Shown in pieces: positions 39,686 to 52,010 of a stretch of 64,000 nucleotides of DNA. Origin of the DNA: Malacoraja senta (taxonomy: Eukaryota); the NCBI GenBank assembly GCA_038087875.1, contig CM075991.1, positions 310,001-374,000 of the forward strand, read 5' to 3'. The notes under the pieces are model-generated. The model did no database searches and was not told the origin of the DNA. It saw only the letters and a program-made list of their open reading frames with translations. The number at the start of each line of letters is the position of its first letter. Position 1 is the first letter of the stretch. The position numbers and the translations under genes were made by a program.

Positions 39686-41856
39686 TGCATCATTCCCAAC
39701 ATCATCCAAAATTGGAAAGATAATGATTTTCGTCAACTGTGTGTCTAAATCTTGGCATTCTACACTCATAGGGAATACTTCCACTCATTCACAAAGCTAG
39801 CTCAGCACAGCCTTTAGGAGTATTTAGGAATTTGGATTTTACTTCGGAGTCACGTGAGTGACTACGCGAAGAACCCCGCCAGTGCGCCTGCGCGTCATTA
39901 CGTCAGATGCCTTGACGCAAACGGACGTGAGGAGCAGAGCTCCTCCAGTGGTTTGTAGTTTTTCAACTACAAGTTATGTAAAAACTTTTTTCATGTTTTC
40001 CAGGTCCGTTTACTGTGGGTCTGTGGGGATTTTTTCCGCAGACGCCATGGGAAAAAACGAGCAGGGGGAAGAGGCGAGCGACTCAGCCGACAGAAAGTCG
40101 GGAAAGTCGGGAGTCCGCGGTTAGAGACCGACCGCCTCTAAACCCCGGTACAGTCGCCAGCGGTGAGCATAGCGACTGTGGACCTGGGGCTGGTGAAGAC
40201 GCAGTCAGCGCCTGTCGGGCAAAAGGCGAAGTTTTAATCCCAACAGCCCACGGAGGAAGTCCCAGGCAATGGAAGTAGCTCCAGGGCTAGATACTGCTTT
40301 CGAGCGTATTGCCCAAATAGAAAGCCTTTTACATAGGCTGTTGGAGCAAAGTTCACTCGGGTGAAATCCAAGCTGCTGGAAGCAGCTCAACAGCACCTGG
40401 TACAGGGCTGATGGAATGCACCCTCAGGGATGAGGAGCGTGCTACGGGTCATGAGATTTCAGACCCCGACTCTGACGGTGAGGCTGTACAAGGCGATGAA
40501 CGGCAGCTGCCAGACGTTCCACCTCTGGCAGTAGGATTCGCTGCCCTGTCAGGGTCAGGAGAGCCATTAGGAGAAGAACTGGCCTCCTTAAATAAATTAC
40601 TTGGTTTCCCATCAGCTGGAACAGCAGGAGATGGATGAGACTGCAAGAAAGCAGGAGACCCCAAGTAACTGTGGGTTGCTGAAAGCAGCAGCAGTGAACC
40701 AAATTATCTGGAATCAGTTGCAGAGAATATTAAAGCTGCTGGGTTCTGGAATAACTGCTTTTACCAGAATAGCAGATAACAGCCAAGAGATGACGAAGTT
40801 GCATCAGGAAGCACTGGGGTTGCTATGCAGCACCCACTTCGAGATCAATTATCTGAGGAAGGTGCTATACGGCCTACTATGAATCCGAAATTCGTAGCAA
40901 TCTGCAAACCAAGTAATATACAATTACCCAACTTACTCTTTGGAGAGGATCTCGGGAGACGTATTAAAGAGTTGGAAGATGAAGCGTAAACAGGATTGAT
41001 GAAAACATCAATGGTTGCAAAGTCTGTAAAGAGGAAGTATCCTTTCAGACGTCATACGGATCCTGGACCAGGACCAAGTCGCTCATCAATGCAGGGACGT
41101 AGCTGGCGGCCTGCAGCGGGAGTAAGAACCAGTGGTGGTGCTTCCGGGAGAATCCAGGGATCGCAGAGTACTCAAATGACTCAAGAGGTAGGTGGACCTG
41201 GTTCTCATGGGAACATACTAACTGGATTAAGTCCAAAAGTTGGAGGCAGATTACGTCTCTTCTATAACAATTGGAAGATTACTTCAGATGTGGTAATTCT
41301 GAATAATATACAAGGATTTCGAATTGAATTCAATCCAAATTATGATTTGCCTGTCCAGCATGTTCCTAGCAGAACTCTCCACTTTGCAAAGTAATCCTTT
41401 TGTTCAGTGTCTGTTCACTTAGAAGATATGAAGTATCTTAAATTTACATGGATGAACCAGTTAGGGCAGTTCAAAGCTCTACCTAATGGGTTAACGTCCG
41501 CTCCCAGAATATTCATAAAATTGTTAAAATCAATTCTGGGGTTGCTGAGAGCCAGGGGCATGTACTAATGGCATACCTGGATGATGTCCTGATTATAGGA
41601 AGGACAAAACAGTCAACAGAAGCATCTGTTGCAGTTATGAAATCAAACTTTTGAAAGTTTGGGGGTTTCTAAATTCATCCAAAGAAATCAAGGTTAAAAA
41701 CATGTACCTCGATTGATTATTTGGGGTTCACAATTGATTCAGCCCAAATGAAAATTACTTTGCCCAGTGAAAAAAGGGTGGAGTTGATTAAAGATTGCAG
41801 TAATCTGTTAAACGAGCAAAAACCTTTAATCAGACAGGTGGCTCGAGTACTGGGAA

Positions 41857-43312
41857 CCAACAGGGAGACAATGCTGCTAATTTATCAGGCCATGATCAGA
41901 TCTTCTCTTGACTATGGGTGTTTTGTGTATGGGTCTGCGTCTAAAACTGTTCTGGCTAGGCTAGATGTGTTGCAGGCAAAGGCTTTGAGGCTTTGCTGTG
42001 GAGCCTTCAGGACTTCCCCAGTCCCTGCCCTGATTGTTGAAATGGGAGAAATGCCCTTATGGTTAAGGCGCATTAAGCTAGGGTTACATTACTGGGCTAA
42101 ACTTTGTGGGTGTAATGATACCTTCCCAGCAAGGTGTTTGTTGCAAGAGGTTGATGATAGTAACAAATATAACACATTTTTTGTCATTATAAATCAGTGG
42201 GCTAGGAAGCTGGGTTTGGAACAAGGGGGTATTATAGAGCATACAATAAGGCTACCTGTGCCCTATTGGGTTCTTCCTGAACTGTTTATTGAGCTTGCTT
42301 TTCTTCAGGAAAAAGATAAGGGCGAGGTGACTCCAAGAATAGTGGAATATCTTAATTCAATCAGTGAGAGCACTTTGATTGTTTTTACAGACGGATCTAA
42401 AGATCCAGTTAGTGGGAGAGCTGGGTTTGGAGTGTATGTGGAGCAGCTTGGGTTGAAGATTGGCCGGCGCATTTCTGATGGAAGTTCTGTTCTCACGACT
42501 GAATTAATGGCAATTCAATGGGCTCTATGGTGGATTGAGGAAGCCAGTTTTAGAGGTCATTATCTGTTCTGATTCTGCAGCTGCTCTTGAAACTTTAAGA
42601 GTAGGGAAATCTAAAGCTCGTCCTGACATTCTAAATGAAATCTTGAGTGTGTTTTCTAGAATTGGGTTTGCGTGTAACATCACTTTTTGCTGGGTTCCCG
42701 GGCATGCTGGGGTGAGGGGGAATGAGCAGGTGGACCTCATAGCAAAGGAGAGTTTAAGAAGAGAAATAGATATCCATGTATCATTGGGGAGAGTGGAACT
42801 GAGAGAAATAATTAAAGAGGGCTTAACAAAAGAATGGCAGAGAGGATGGGAAATGGAATTCAGGGGTAGACACTACTTTTCTATACAATCTGAAGTTAGG
42901 AAAATATGTTTCTGTACATCTCTGTCCCGTAGGGACTCAGTTAAACTGTGTAGATTGAGGTTGGGACACTGTGGGTTAAATTACTATTTGTGCATTGTAG
43001 GGAAACATGTTTCTGGCTTGTGTGAATGTGGGAGTAATGAGACAGTTAAGCATGTTTTCCTAGAATGTAAAAAGTATAGGGTAGAAAGAAAAGTATTGTT
43101 TGTTAGACTGACAGGACTTGGAGTTGAGGCTTTTTCTGTTTTATCTTTGTTTGGACAATGAGAAACATCAACTGATATCCAGGGCTGTTCTTCAATTCCT
43201 GCAAGTTACAGGACTGTATGTAAGAATTTAGTTCAAACTTTGACCTGTGGAGGGCAGTAATACGCTTAGCAGCATCTACACTGCCGGAATCCTACAAGAA
43301 GAAGAAGAAGAA
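41857..43312 (+). mobile_element. 5'-truncated I-group (Nimb/I-like) LINE with RNase H, nested in DIRS pol
   Basis: RSSLDYGCFVYGSA...ALRLCCGAFRTSP; RNase H (FTDGSK, TELMAI, CSDS, WVPGHAGVRGNEQVD); CECG...HVFLEC knuckle; (AAG)n tail. 12-bp TSD GAGTACTGGGAA at 41845-41856 and 43313-43324. Confidence 0.9.
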
Positions 43313-43721
43313 GAGTACTGGGAAAATTAGTAGATTCCCAGCAGTCCAGTATGGACCATTACATTACCAACAGCTGCAGAGAATCAAAGAACAGGCACTG
43401 AGAGTAAATGCTGGTCATTTTGATAGAACCATGCAAGTAACAACAAATGCTGTTTCTAATCTGCAATGGTGGATTCTACATGTCTCAAGCAGTTCAGGCA
43501 AAGTGCTGATTGAACAACCTTCCATGATATTACAAACTGATGCCGGTGCACTAGGATGGGGTGCAACTGACTTAACATCTAGCTGCGGAGGCAGATGGAA
43601 TCAGGAAGAGTTATTGTTACTGCAGACATGGGGAATTACCTATTCGGAGCTTTTAGGAGGTTTCTATGGACTCCAAGCTTATTGTTCTAACAAAAGTTCA
43701 AATTAATAAACACAACAGTAG

Positions 43722-44219
43722 TTGCCTATATTAATGATATGGGTGGAATTAAGTCGGTGTCATGTGACAAAATGGTTAAATCAACTTTGGTCTTGGTGTA
43801 TTGAAAAGAACATTTGGATTTCAGCTATCTATCTACCAGGTAGAGTGAACACGATAGCAGACACCAGGTCACGAAAGTTCCATGATAATAAAGAATGGAT
43901 GTTGAATCAAGAGGTATTCAATGATATAGTAATCAGATTTGGAATGCCCGACATCGACTTGAATCATCAGCTATCGAGATATGTCTCATGGAAACCAGAT
44001 CCAGGAGCAGTGGCGATTGATGCTTTCTCGCTACATTGGAGTGGTATGTTTTCATATATATTTCGACCTTTCTGCCTCATAAACCAATGTTTGCTTAAAA
44101 TCAGGCAAGATGCTGCTTCAAGGGTATTGGTAGTACCAGATTGGCCTACACAGCCATGGTATCCGTTGATATTAGAAATTAACAACACAAATGTTGATGA
44201 AAGTCCCAAAAAGGAGTAA
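43722..44219 (+). pseudogene. DIRS RNase H C-terminus plus DNA N6-adenine methyltransferase-like domain remnant
   Basis: YLPGRVNTIADTRSR then PDIDL...YVSWKPDPGAVAIDAFSLHW...YIFRPF...LVVPDWPTQPWYP, typical of the DIRS MT domain. Confidence 0.8.
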
Positions 44220-44282
44220 TTTATTGCTGCACCCTGTAACAGGGGAACAACATCCATTATATGATCATTTGGATTTGTTGAT

Positions 44283-45260
44283 TTGCAGGTTTTAAGAATG
44301 CCTTTTCTGGGACGAGGACTGTCTGAGCGTACTGTGGACATGCTTACGGCAGCCTGGAGGAAGAGCACTCAAAAACAGTACCTTTCTTATATTAAGAAAT
44401 GGGAAGTTCTGTGTACAAAAGAATGTGCCATAAAGTACTGCAGATATTTCAAATGTTTAGAATTTCTGTCAAAACTTTATTATGATGAAGGGCTGAGTTG
44501 TTGTGCAATTAATTCAGCCAGAAGTGCATTGTCCTCATATTTGGTTCTGGATTCAGAAAGAAACCCAATTGGGTCACACCCAATTGTTTCCAGACTAATG
44601 AAAGGAATCTTTAATTCCAAACCACCGAAACCTAGGTACATGACAAACTGGGATGTAAGTGTGGTACTGAAACTACTTTGTGAATGGTCATCAAGTGTGT
44701 CTTTACCTTTGGCCAAGCTCAGTATGAAAGTATTAATGCTTATGGCATGACTGACAGCACAACGAGTGCAAACACTTGGAAAATTACAAATAGACAGTAT
44801 GGAAGTAACTGAAGATAAGGTTACATTCTATATCTATGACCTACTAAAGCAAATTAGGCCAGGTGTGACAGGATTTAAAATTATGCTAGCAGCATATCCA
44901 AATGACCCTTGTCTCTGTATTAAGACATATCTGTTACAATACATTGAGGTCACAAAGAATTTGAGAAATACGGAAACTGGGTTGTTGATCACACACAAGA
45001 AACCACACAAGAGAGTTTCAATACAGACTATTTCCAGATGGATAAAAGAAGTCTTAACAGCTGCTGGTATTAACACTTATGTTTTTACGTCTCACTCGAC
45101 TAGGGCAGCAGAAACGTCGGCGGCCAGGGCAAAAGACGTCCCCGTCGACCATATCCTCGCAGCCGCCGGGTGGTCCAATGAGTTGATGTTTCAACATTTT
45201 TACCATCGGCCTATTGTTAATGCGGGATTGTTTGCAGAAACTATTTTAAGTTCTGTGTAA
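44283..45260 (+). pseudogene. DIRS tyrosine recombinase remnant (one internal stop)
   Basis: N-terminal AWRKSTQKQYLSYIKKW...SARSALS...HPIVSRLMKG; catalytic region AQRVQTL, FTSHSTRAA, AAGWSNELMFQHFY. Confidence 0.88.
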
Positions 45261-45994
45261 ATTCCTCTGGTTTAAAGGGGATCTGATTAATTTCATTATT
45301 GAAATCAATTACTGCATTTGTGGTACAAATGTTATTATGAATGCATGATTGATTATTTCTCGTTCCGAGTCAATCAATGCAGTGAGAAGCCGGGATTGAT
45401 CTACGGCATGAAATCACAAAGCTTTAAAGTCTTCACATAGTCACTCACGTGACTCCGAAGTAAAATAGTAAGATTAAACGAGAACTTACCTAAGTTTGAA
45501 GTTTGATCTTTATTTTATGAGGAGTTACGTAGGTGATTACGTGCTCGCCACGACCCTACCCTCTATCATAAAGGTCAGATGGAAGTTCTTGTATTACTCG
45601 TTTTATTATGAGACTATATTACTTCGGTTGTTGTTTTTTGTGATTTCACACCGCTGCTTTGAAGATTGACGCGCAGGCGCACTGGCGGGGTTCTTCACGT
45701 AATCATCTACGTAACTCCTCATAAAATAAAGATCAAACTTCAAACTTAGGTAAGTTCTCGATTAATCTTACTATTAAATATTATCCTTTCTTAAGCCCAG
45801 ACCGTGAAAATTGAAAACACCCACTTGCGGGAATCGACTGCATTGGGAGGTAGAACCCCTCTTGCCCAAGTTTATAGCAGGCATTTGCACAGGTATGGAG
45901 CGGAAAGGATTAGAGGGATATTAGCCAAATGCAGGCAAATGGGAATAGCAGAGAATGCCAACTTGGTCAACATGTACAAGGTGGGCCTGTTTTC

Positions 45995-47096
45995 ATAGAA
46001 ACATAGAAACATAGAAATTAGGTGCAGGAGTAGGCCATTCGGCCCTTCGAGCCTGCACCGCCATTCAATATGATCATGGCTGATCATCCAACTCAGTATC
46101 CCGTACCTGCTTTCTCTCCATACCCTCTGATCCATTTAGCCACAAGGGCCACATCTAACTCCCTCTTAAATATAGCCAATGAACTGGCCTCGACTACCCT
46201 CTGTGGCAGAGAGTTCCAGAGATTCACCACTCTCTGTGTGAAAAAAGTTCTTCTCATCTCGGTTTTAAAGGATTTCCCCCTTATCCTTAAGCTGTGACCC
46301 CTTGTCCAGGACTTCCCCAACATCGGGAGCAATCTTCCTGCATCTAGCCTGTCCAACCCCTTAAGAATTTTGTAAGTTTCTATAAGATCCCCTCTCAATC
46401 TCCTAAATTCTAGAGAGTATAAACCAAGTCTATCCAGTCTTTCTTCATAAGACAGTCCTGACATCCCAGGAATCAGTCTGGTGAACCTTCTCTGCACTCC
46501 CTCTATGGCAATAATGTCCTTCCTCAGATTTGGAGACCAAAACTGTACGCAATACTCCAGGTGTGGTCTCACCAAGACCCTGTACAACTGCAGTAGAACC
46601 TCCCTGCTCCTATACTCAAATCCTTTTGCTATGAAAGCTAACATACCATTCGCTTTCTTCACTGCCTGCTGCACCTGCATGCCTACTTTCAATGACTGGT
46701 GTACCATGACACCCAGGTCTCGCTGCATCTCCCCTTTTCCTAGTCGGCCACCATTCAGATAATAGTCTGCTTTCCTGTTTTTGCCACCAAAATGGATAAC
46801 CTCACATTTATCCACATTATACTGCATCTGCCAAACATTTGCCCACTCACCCAGCCTATCCAAGTCACCTTGCAGTCTCCTAGCATCCTCCTCACAGCTA
46901 ACACTGCCCCCCAGGTTAGTGTCATCCGCAAACTTGGAGATATTGCCTTCAATTCCCTCATCCAGATCATTAATATATATTGTAAATAGCTGGGGTCCCA
47001 GCACTGAGCCTTGCGGTACCCCCCTAGTCACTGCCTGCCATTGTGAAAAGGACCCGTTTACTCCTACTCTTTGCTTCCTGTTTGCCAGCCAGTTCT
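45995..47096 (-). mobile_element. Young-looking 5'-truncated CR1 LINE with an open RT C-terminal ORF
   Basis: 312-aa ORF GVPQGSVLGP...FADDT...; (CATAGAAA)n tail on the + strand. Confidence 0.93.
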
Positions 47097-48146
47097 CATA
47101 TGGTATAGCTCTGCGATTCTACGATTCTATGTGCAGGTGCAAGGTTGTACAGGTTAATAAAAATGTTCTGGCTCCAGCCAAATCAGAAGGCAATTATAGA
47201 CACAAAATGCTGGAGTAACTCAGCAGGTCAGGCATCATCTCTGGAGAAAATGGATAGGTGACGTTTTGGGTTGGGACCCTTCTTCAGGCTGACTGTGGTG
47301 TGCGGGGTGTGGGAGAAATGGAAGTGAGAAAAAAACCCAGGACAAATCTGGGCTGGCAACTGATGTCGTCAGGCAAGGACATCAGTGAACCCTGAAATAC
47401 TGATTGTTGACTAGTGATGGTGTCAGCCCGAGAGGGATACATCGTTGCACATTGTGGAACTGGTTAAAGGACTATTAGGGGAGGAAGGGGAGGAAGGCGT
47501 GTATAAAAGTTACCTAAAATTGGAGAATTCAACGTTCATACCTGTGGGTTGTAAGCTACCCAAGCGGAATATGAAGTGATGTTCCTCCAATTTGCGTGTG
47601 GCCTCATTCTGGCAATGGAGGAGACCCAGGATAAAATGGTTAGTATGGGAATGGGAAGTCTATCAACCAGGAGATCCAGTAAGCCTTTGGGAGGTATCGT
47701 TATAACAGGACAACATGTCATGCTTAAAGAAATGTATTGACTACAGTTTTGGAAGCTCCAATCAATAGCCACGTTTTTTATACAAAGGAAAGCAAGAGAC
47801 TTTCCAATTTCCATTGCGATTTCTGCACCTTTAACTTTTAAGGTGAGTTTCCCTGATCCAATAGAATGGTATCGTGTATTGTGTTCTTTTAATTGTATGG
47901 CTGCATGGTAACTCAAATATCAATGTACATTAATTGGTACGTGGCAATAAATGTGAACTTGAACTTGGTACTCCATCAACACCATCAATACATTTGGTCT
48001 GAAACATCTCGATGAGAGAAGCTTTTAACCTCATATTTTTTAGGTTCCAAGTTCCATCATGTCACCATAATTTGACCCTTTCAACTATACATGAAGTGAG
48101 CGTTTGCATCCTTTCAACGGTGAATTTAATCCCATCACATACTCAC

Positions 48147-48259
48147 TCGTTGTACTTGGGTGAACAAACTATCGCTATAGCCTCTGGAAGCATGATCTGG
48201 TAGGAGCAGTGGGTGTGAAGATCAACGCTGGACAGGAACGCAGTCTGTGTTGGATGGGT
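48147..48259 (-). CDS. STAMBP: STAMBP coding exon carrying most of the JAMM motif (113 bp)
   Basis: aattccag|[37 protein letters not shown](E)|gtgagt. With the previous exon it forms the HxHx7Sx2D zinc-binding motif. Confidence 0.96.
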
Positions 48260-51200
48260 CTGGAATTGCACAAACATTGCTGAGAGTCATAAACAATGGC
48301 AGGGCTAATCATAACTAGTGCTTGGGCATAGAGCACAAACAATAGTTTATAGTTTTAGTTTATAGAGACAACATGGAAACAGGCCCTTCAGCCCACCCTG
48401 TGCACGCCGACCATCAAGCACCCGTTCACACTAGTTCTATGTTATCCCACTTTCCTCATCCACTCCCTAGACGCTAGGGGCAATCTACAGAGGACTAATT
48501 AACCTACTAATCCACGCGTCTTTGGAATGTGGGAGGAAACTGGAGCACTTGGGAAAACCCATATGGTCACAGGGAAAACGTGTACATTCCACACATACAG
48601 CTCCCAAGGTCAGGATCGAACCTGGGCGTTGTGAGGCACCAGCTCTACCACCTGTGCTACTGTGCTGCCCATGGACAGAGTTTAGTATGAAATATCTGAT
48701 CCCAGCAGTGGAAATACAGAAAGCCACTTGTGGAGGAGAGAGAAGCAACCAAGACAAGTCAACACATCCCTTGGGAACAGGTTCCAATCCCCAGGCTTGT
48801 CTCCCACATCTGAAAGGAATTCCTGCTTGGTACATTGAACATTGACACATGACATCAGTTTCCTTGTAAAACCAGCAGAGACTGTGGTGATGTGGGTGGG
48901 AAGCCAGCAGTTATGACATTCACCACTCAGTGTACCTGCATGCCCTATGGCTTGAAGGACATTCCTCAAAGCTCAAGAGATGATTGAAACTCCTGCTACT
49001 TTGTTGTCAGTCCCCAACGTTTATGAGGTAACAGGCCCGTGAAGTACGGGGATGGAGGGGATGTCATGGACCAGCCCGGACCCTGAGGCCCCCAGACCCA
49101 GCTGCCTGCAGCACCAGGGCACTGAAGGAGACGGCTCTCCCAGACTGGGCACCAAGGTCCCAGGCACCCATCCTGAGCATCGGAGCTAGCCCTGGCATGT
49201 TTCTCATTTGCACTAATTACGGTATCAAAGAGCTCATTTGTGTTACAGATTTAAAGGCACCATCCCTGTCCCACCTCTCCTCACAAATCTTACAGTCACA
49301 CAGCACCGAAACAGGCTATTTGGCCCAATTCTTCCACGCCAACAAATTTGTCCATGGTTGGCCCATATCCCTCTAAACCTTTGATATCCATGTACCTGTC
49401 CAAATGATGACTGATCTTGATCCTGTCACCCTGCCAAACCCTCCCTAGTAGCACAACTAACCCGTCAGGATGTTGGTTCCCCTCCAGCTCAGATTAAACC
49501 CTCCCTCTTGTACAGGTCACCTCAGCTCCTGAAGAGATCCCAATGCTCGAAAAATCTGAAACCCTATCAACTGCACCAACTCCTCAGCCACACATTCATC
49601 TGTCCTATCTTCCTATTCCCACCCTTGATAACACATTATAGCGGGTGTAATCAGGAGATTATTACTATAAAGGTCCTGATTTTTAATCTCTTTCTTAACT
49701 GCTCCCTATATTGGCTCTGCTGAACCTTATCCCTTTTCCTACCGATCATTTGTGCCAACGTGGACAATGACATCTGGCTGCTCACCCTTCCCTGAGAATG
49801 TTCTGTAGTTGCTCTGAGATATCCTGGAACCCTGGCACCAGGGAGGCCAGACTCTACACCTCACACCTACCTCTACATGAGCATGAAGGATTCCCACATA
49901 ATGCTGGTGCTGTGGAGGTTGGAGGAAAGAAGTATGTCCACATTAGAGGTACAGGAAATGTTTCCACTCAGGTTGCAGTGTGAACAGCTACTTACCTTAT
50001 ATGTATTTATGTGTGCAGTCTGGTCACCCCAAGGAAGTGTGTGGAGGCTTCGTTTCCAAGGGATATGTGGAGAAAGCAGGAACGAGGCACTGATTTAGGA
50101 TGATCAGCTGGCTCGAAGGGCCGAATGGCCTCCTCCTGTACCTATTTTCTATGTTTCTATGTTTGTCGAGGGCACAAAGAAGATTGACCAGAATAATGCC
50201 TGGATTAGAGGGTATTAGCTATAAAGAGAGGATGGACAGACTTGAATTGTTTTCTCTTGATCATTGGAAGTTCAGCATTGGTGGACTGACAGAAGTATGA
50301 AGAATTATGAGAGGCATAGACAGGATAGATAGTCAAAACCTTGCTCCCAGTGGAAATGTCAAAGACTAGAGGGGCATAGCTATAAGGCGAGAGAGGGAAA
50401 ATTTAAAGTAGATGGATACGGCGAGTTTTTTGTCATGCACAGACAGTGGTGAGTGCCTGGAATGCACTGCCAAGGTTGATGGTGGAGGCAGATACGATAG
50501 TGGCATTTAAGAGAATAGATAGTCATTGTGGGCTGAAGGGCCTGCTCCAGTGCTGTACAGATTAATGCCGAGAGTCTTTTTGAAATTGTCTATTTGCTCC
50601 CATGACAACCACTGGTAAGACCAGTATTCAATGCCCTTGTTATCATTGTGAGGTCCAGTCACAGCCATCTGTAGGGAGATATACTAGTTTGAAGCTCAGA
50701 CTGAGTCTGCTTCCACTCAGAGGATTCATGAGCTATTCTTAGTCACGTGTGTGGCCATTCTTAGTCACGTGTGTGACCAAAAAGATGAAAAATTGTGGAA
50801 TACATCTCTTCTAATTCTGAAAGCATTACAGGTATATTGTTTTGTGCTGTATATATGATTCATATTTTTTTCAGTTTATCAAGTGAAGTTTTTATATGTT
50901 ATGCTGACAATGTTTGTTTAGGGTCAGAGGCCATATATGACTGGCCACGTGTGTGACCACACGGAAACATTTTACAAACTCTGTGAAATTAAAAAAGCTA
51001 GAATGTTCATATCTTTAGCAGACATGCATTATAGCTCTGTAGGTATGAAAATAGCAATGAATAAGATTAATATCTTACAATAATGTTTTAATGTATCACT
51101 TTGTGATACGAATAAGGATTAAGAATAAGGAGTAAGCCATTTAGAACGAAGACAAGGACGAGTGGTGAGTCTGTGGAATTCTCTGCCTCAGAGGGCGGTG

Positions 51201-51872
51201 GAGGCAGGTTCTCTGGATGCTTTCAAGAGAGAGCTAGATAGGGCTCTTAAAAATAGCGGAGTCAAGGGATATGGGGAGAAGGCAGGAACTGGGTACTGAT
51301 TGGGAATGATCAGCCATGATCACATTGCTGGCTCAAAGGGCCAAATGGCCTACTCCTGCACCTATTGTCTATTGTGATGACATTTGGTCACGTGTGTGAC
51401 ATTTTGGTTCACTTTCCAAGGAATGGGCCAGCAACTCAAACATCCCTCTTGCTCCAGCTCACTAATCTAAAAGCTGAATCAGTAGTTTCTGGAAAGCTAA
51501 AAGAAAAACCCCAAAATGGTGGAAATAACAATATTACACACCTCACCTGGAGAGAAAACAAGAGGCAGAGTTCACTTCTCAGTAATTCCAGCATTTTGCT
51601 TTTTGCTTTTTAGTCAATTAGCTGCCACTGGACCTCGTAATGATAACAAAGGCATTGAATACTGGTCTCACCCAGTGGTAGTCACGTGCAAATAGACAAT
51701 TTCAAAAAGAGTCTCGGTATTAAACAGTACAGCACAGGAACAGGCCCTTCGGCCCACAATGCCTTTCTAAATTCTCTTAAATGGCATTAGCTTAAATCTG
51801 GGGTTGTTTCAACAAACTAAAGGTTACTCGAGCAGTCGAGCTATAGCCAGAATCATGAAAAGGCCAACTTAC

Positions 51873-52010
51873 ATGTATCCAACCCAGCGTTATCAGGGCG
51901 TTGTGGTCCTGAATAAGAAACAGCTCCTCTTCACACTCCGTGTTACAGTAATCAGGACCAGCATTTTGCTTAGGTACGACCACATGGGTTATGGTAAACT
52001 CATTCTGCAG
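51873..52010 (-). CDS. STAMBP: STAMBP coding exon, MPN domain (138 bp)
   Basis: gcctgtag|[46 protein letters not shown]|gtaagt. Confidence 0.96.

Larger units (their letters stand above)
39836..45775 (+). mobile_element. DIRS-type tyrosine-recombinase retrotransposon with both termini and decayed ORFs
   Basis: gag remnant (LLFGEDL), pol (VGGRL..F...W, QFKALPNGLTSAPRIF, YLDD at about 41575), RNase H (LQTDAGALGWGA), methyltransferase-like domain, YR (HSTR...AAGWS...FY). 30-bp ITR at 39868-39897 / 45667-45696. ICR at 45430-45543. Confidence 0.93.

Noticed and set aside
41721..45260. RT + RNase H + methyltransferase + recombinase cluster as a novel retron-like or defence system
   Set aside because: Fully explained by the standard DIRS domain order plus one nested LINE, and the ORFs are disrupted.
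48682..48969. 95-aa minus-strand ORF in non-repetitive intronic sequence
   Set aside because: No recognisable motif. The STAMBP exon chain is complete without it (WIH|THP is contiguous).
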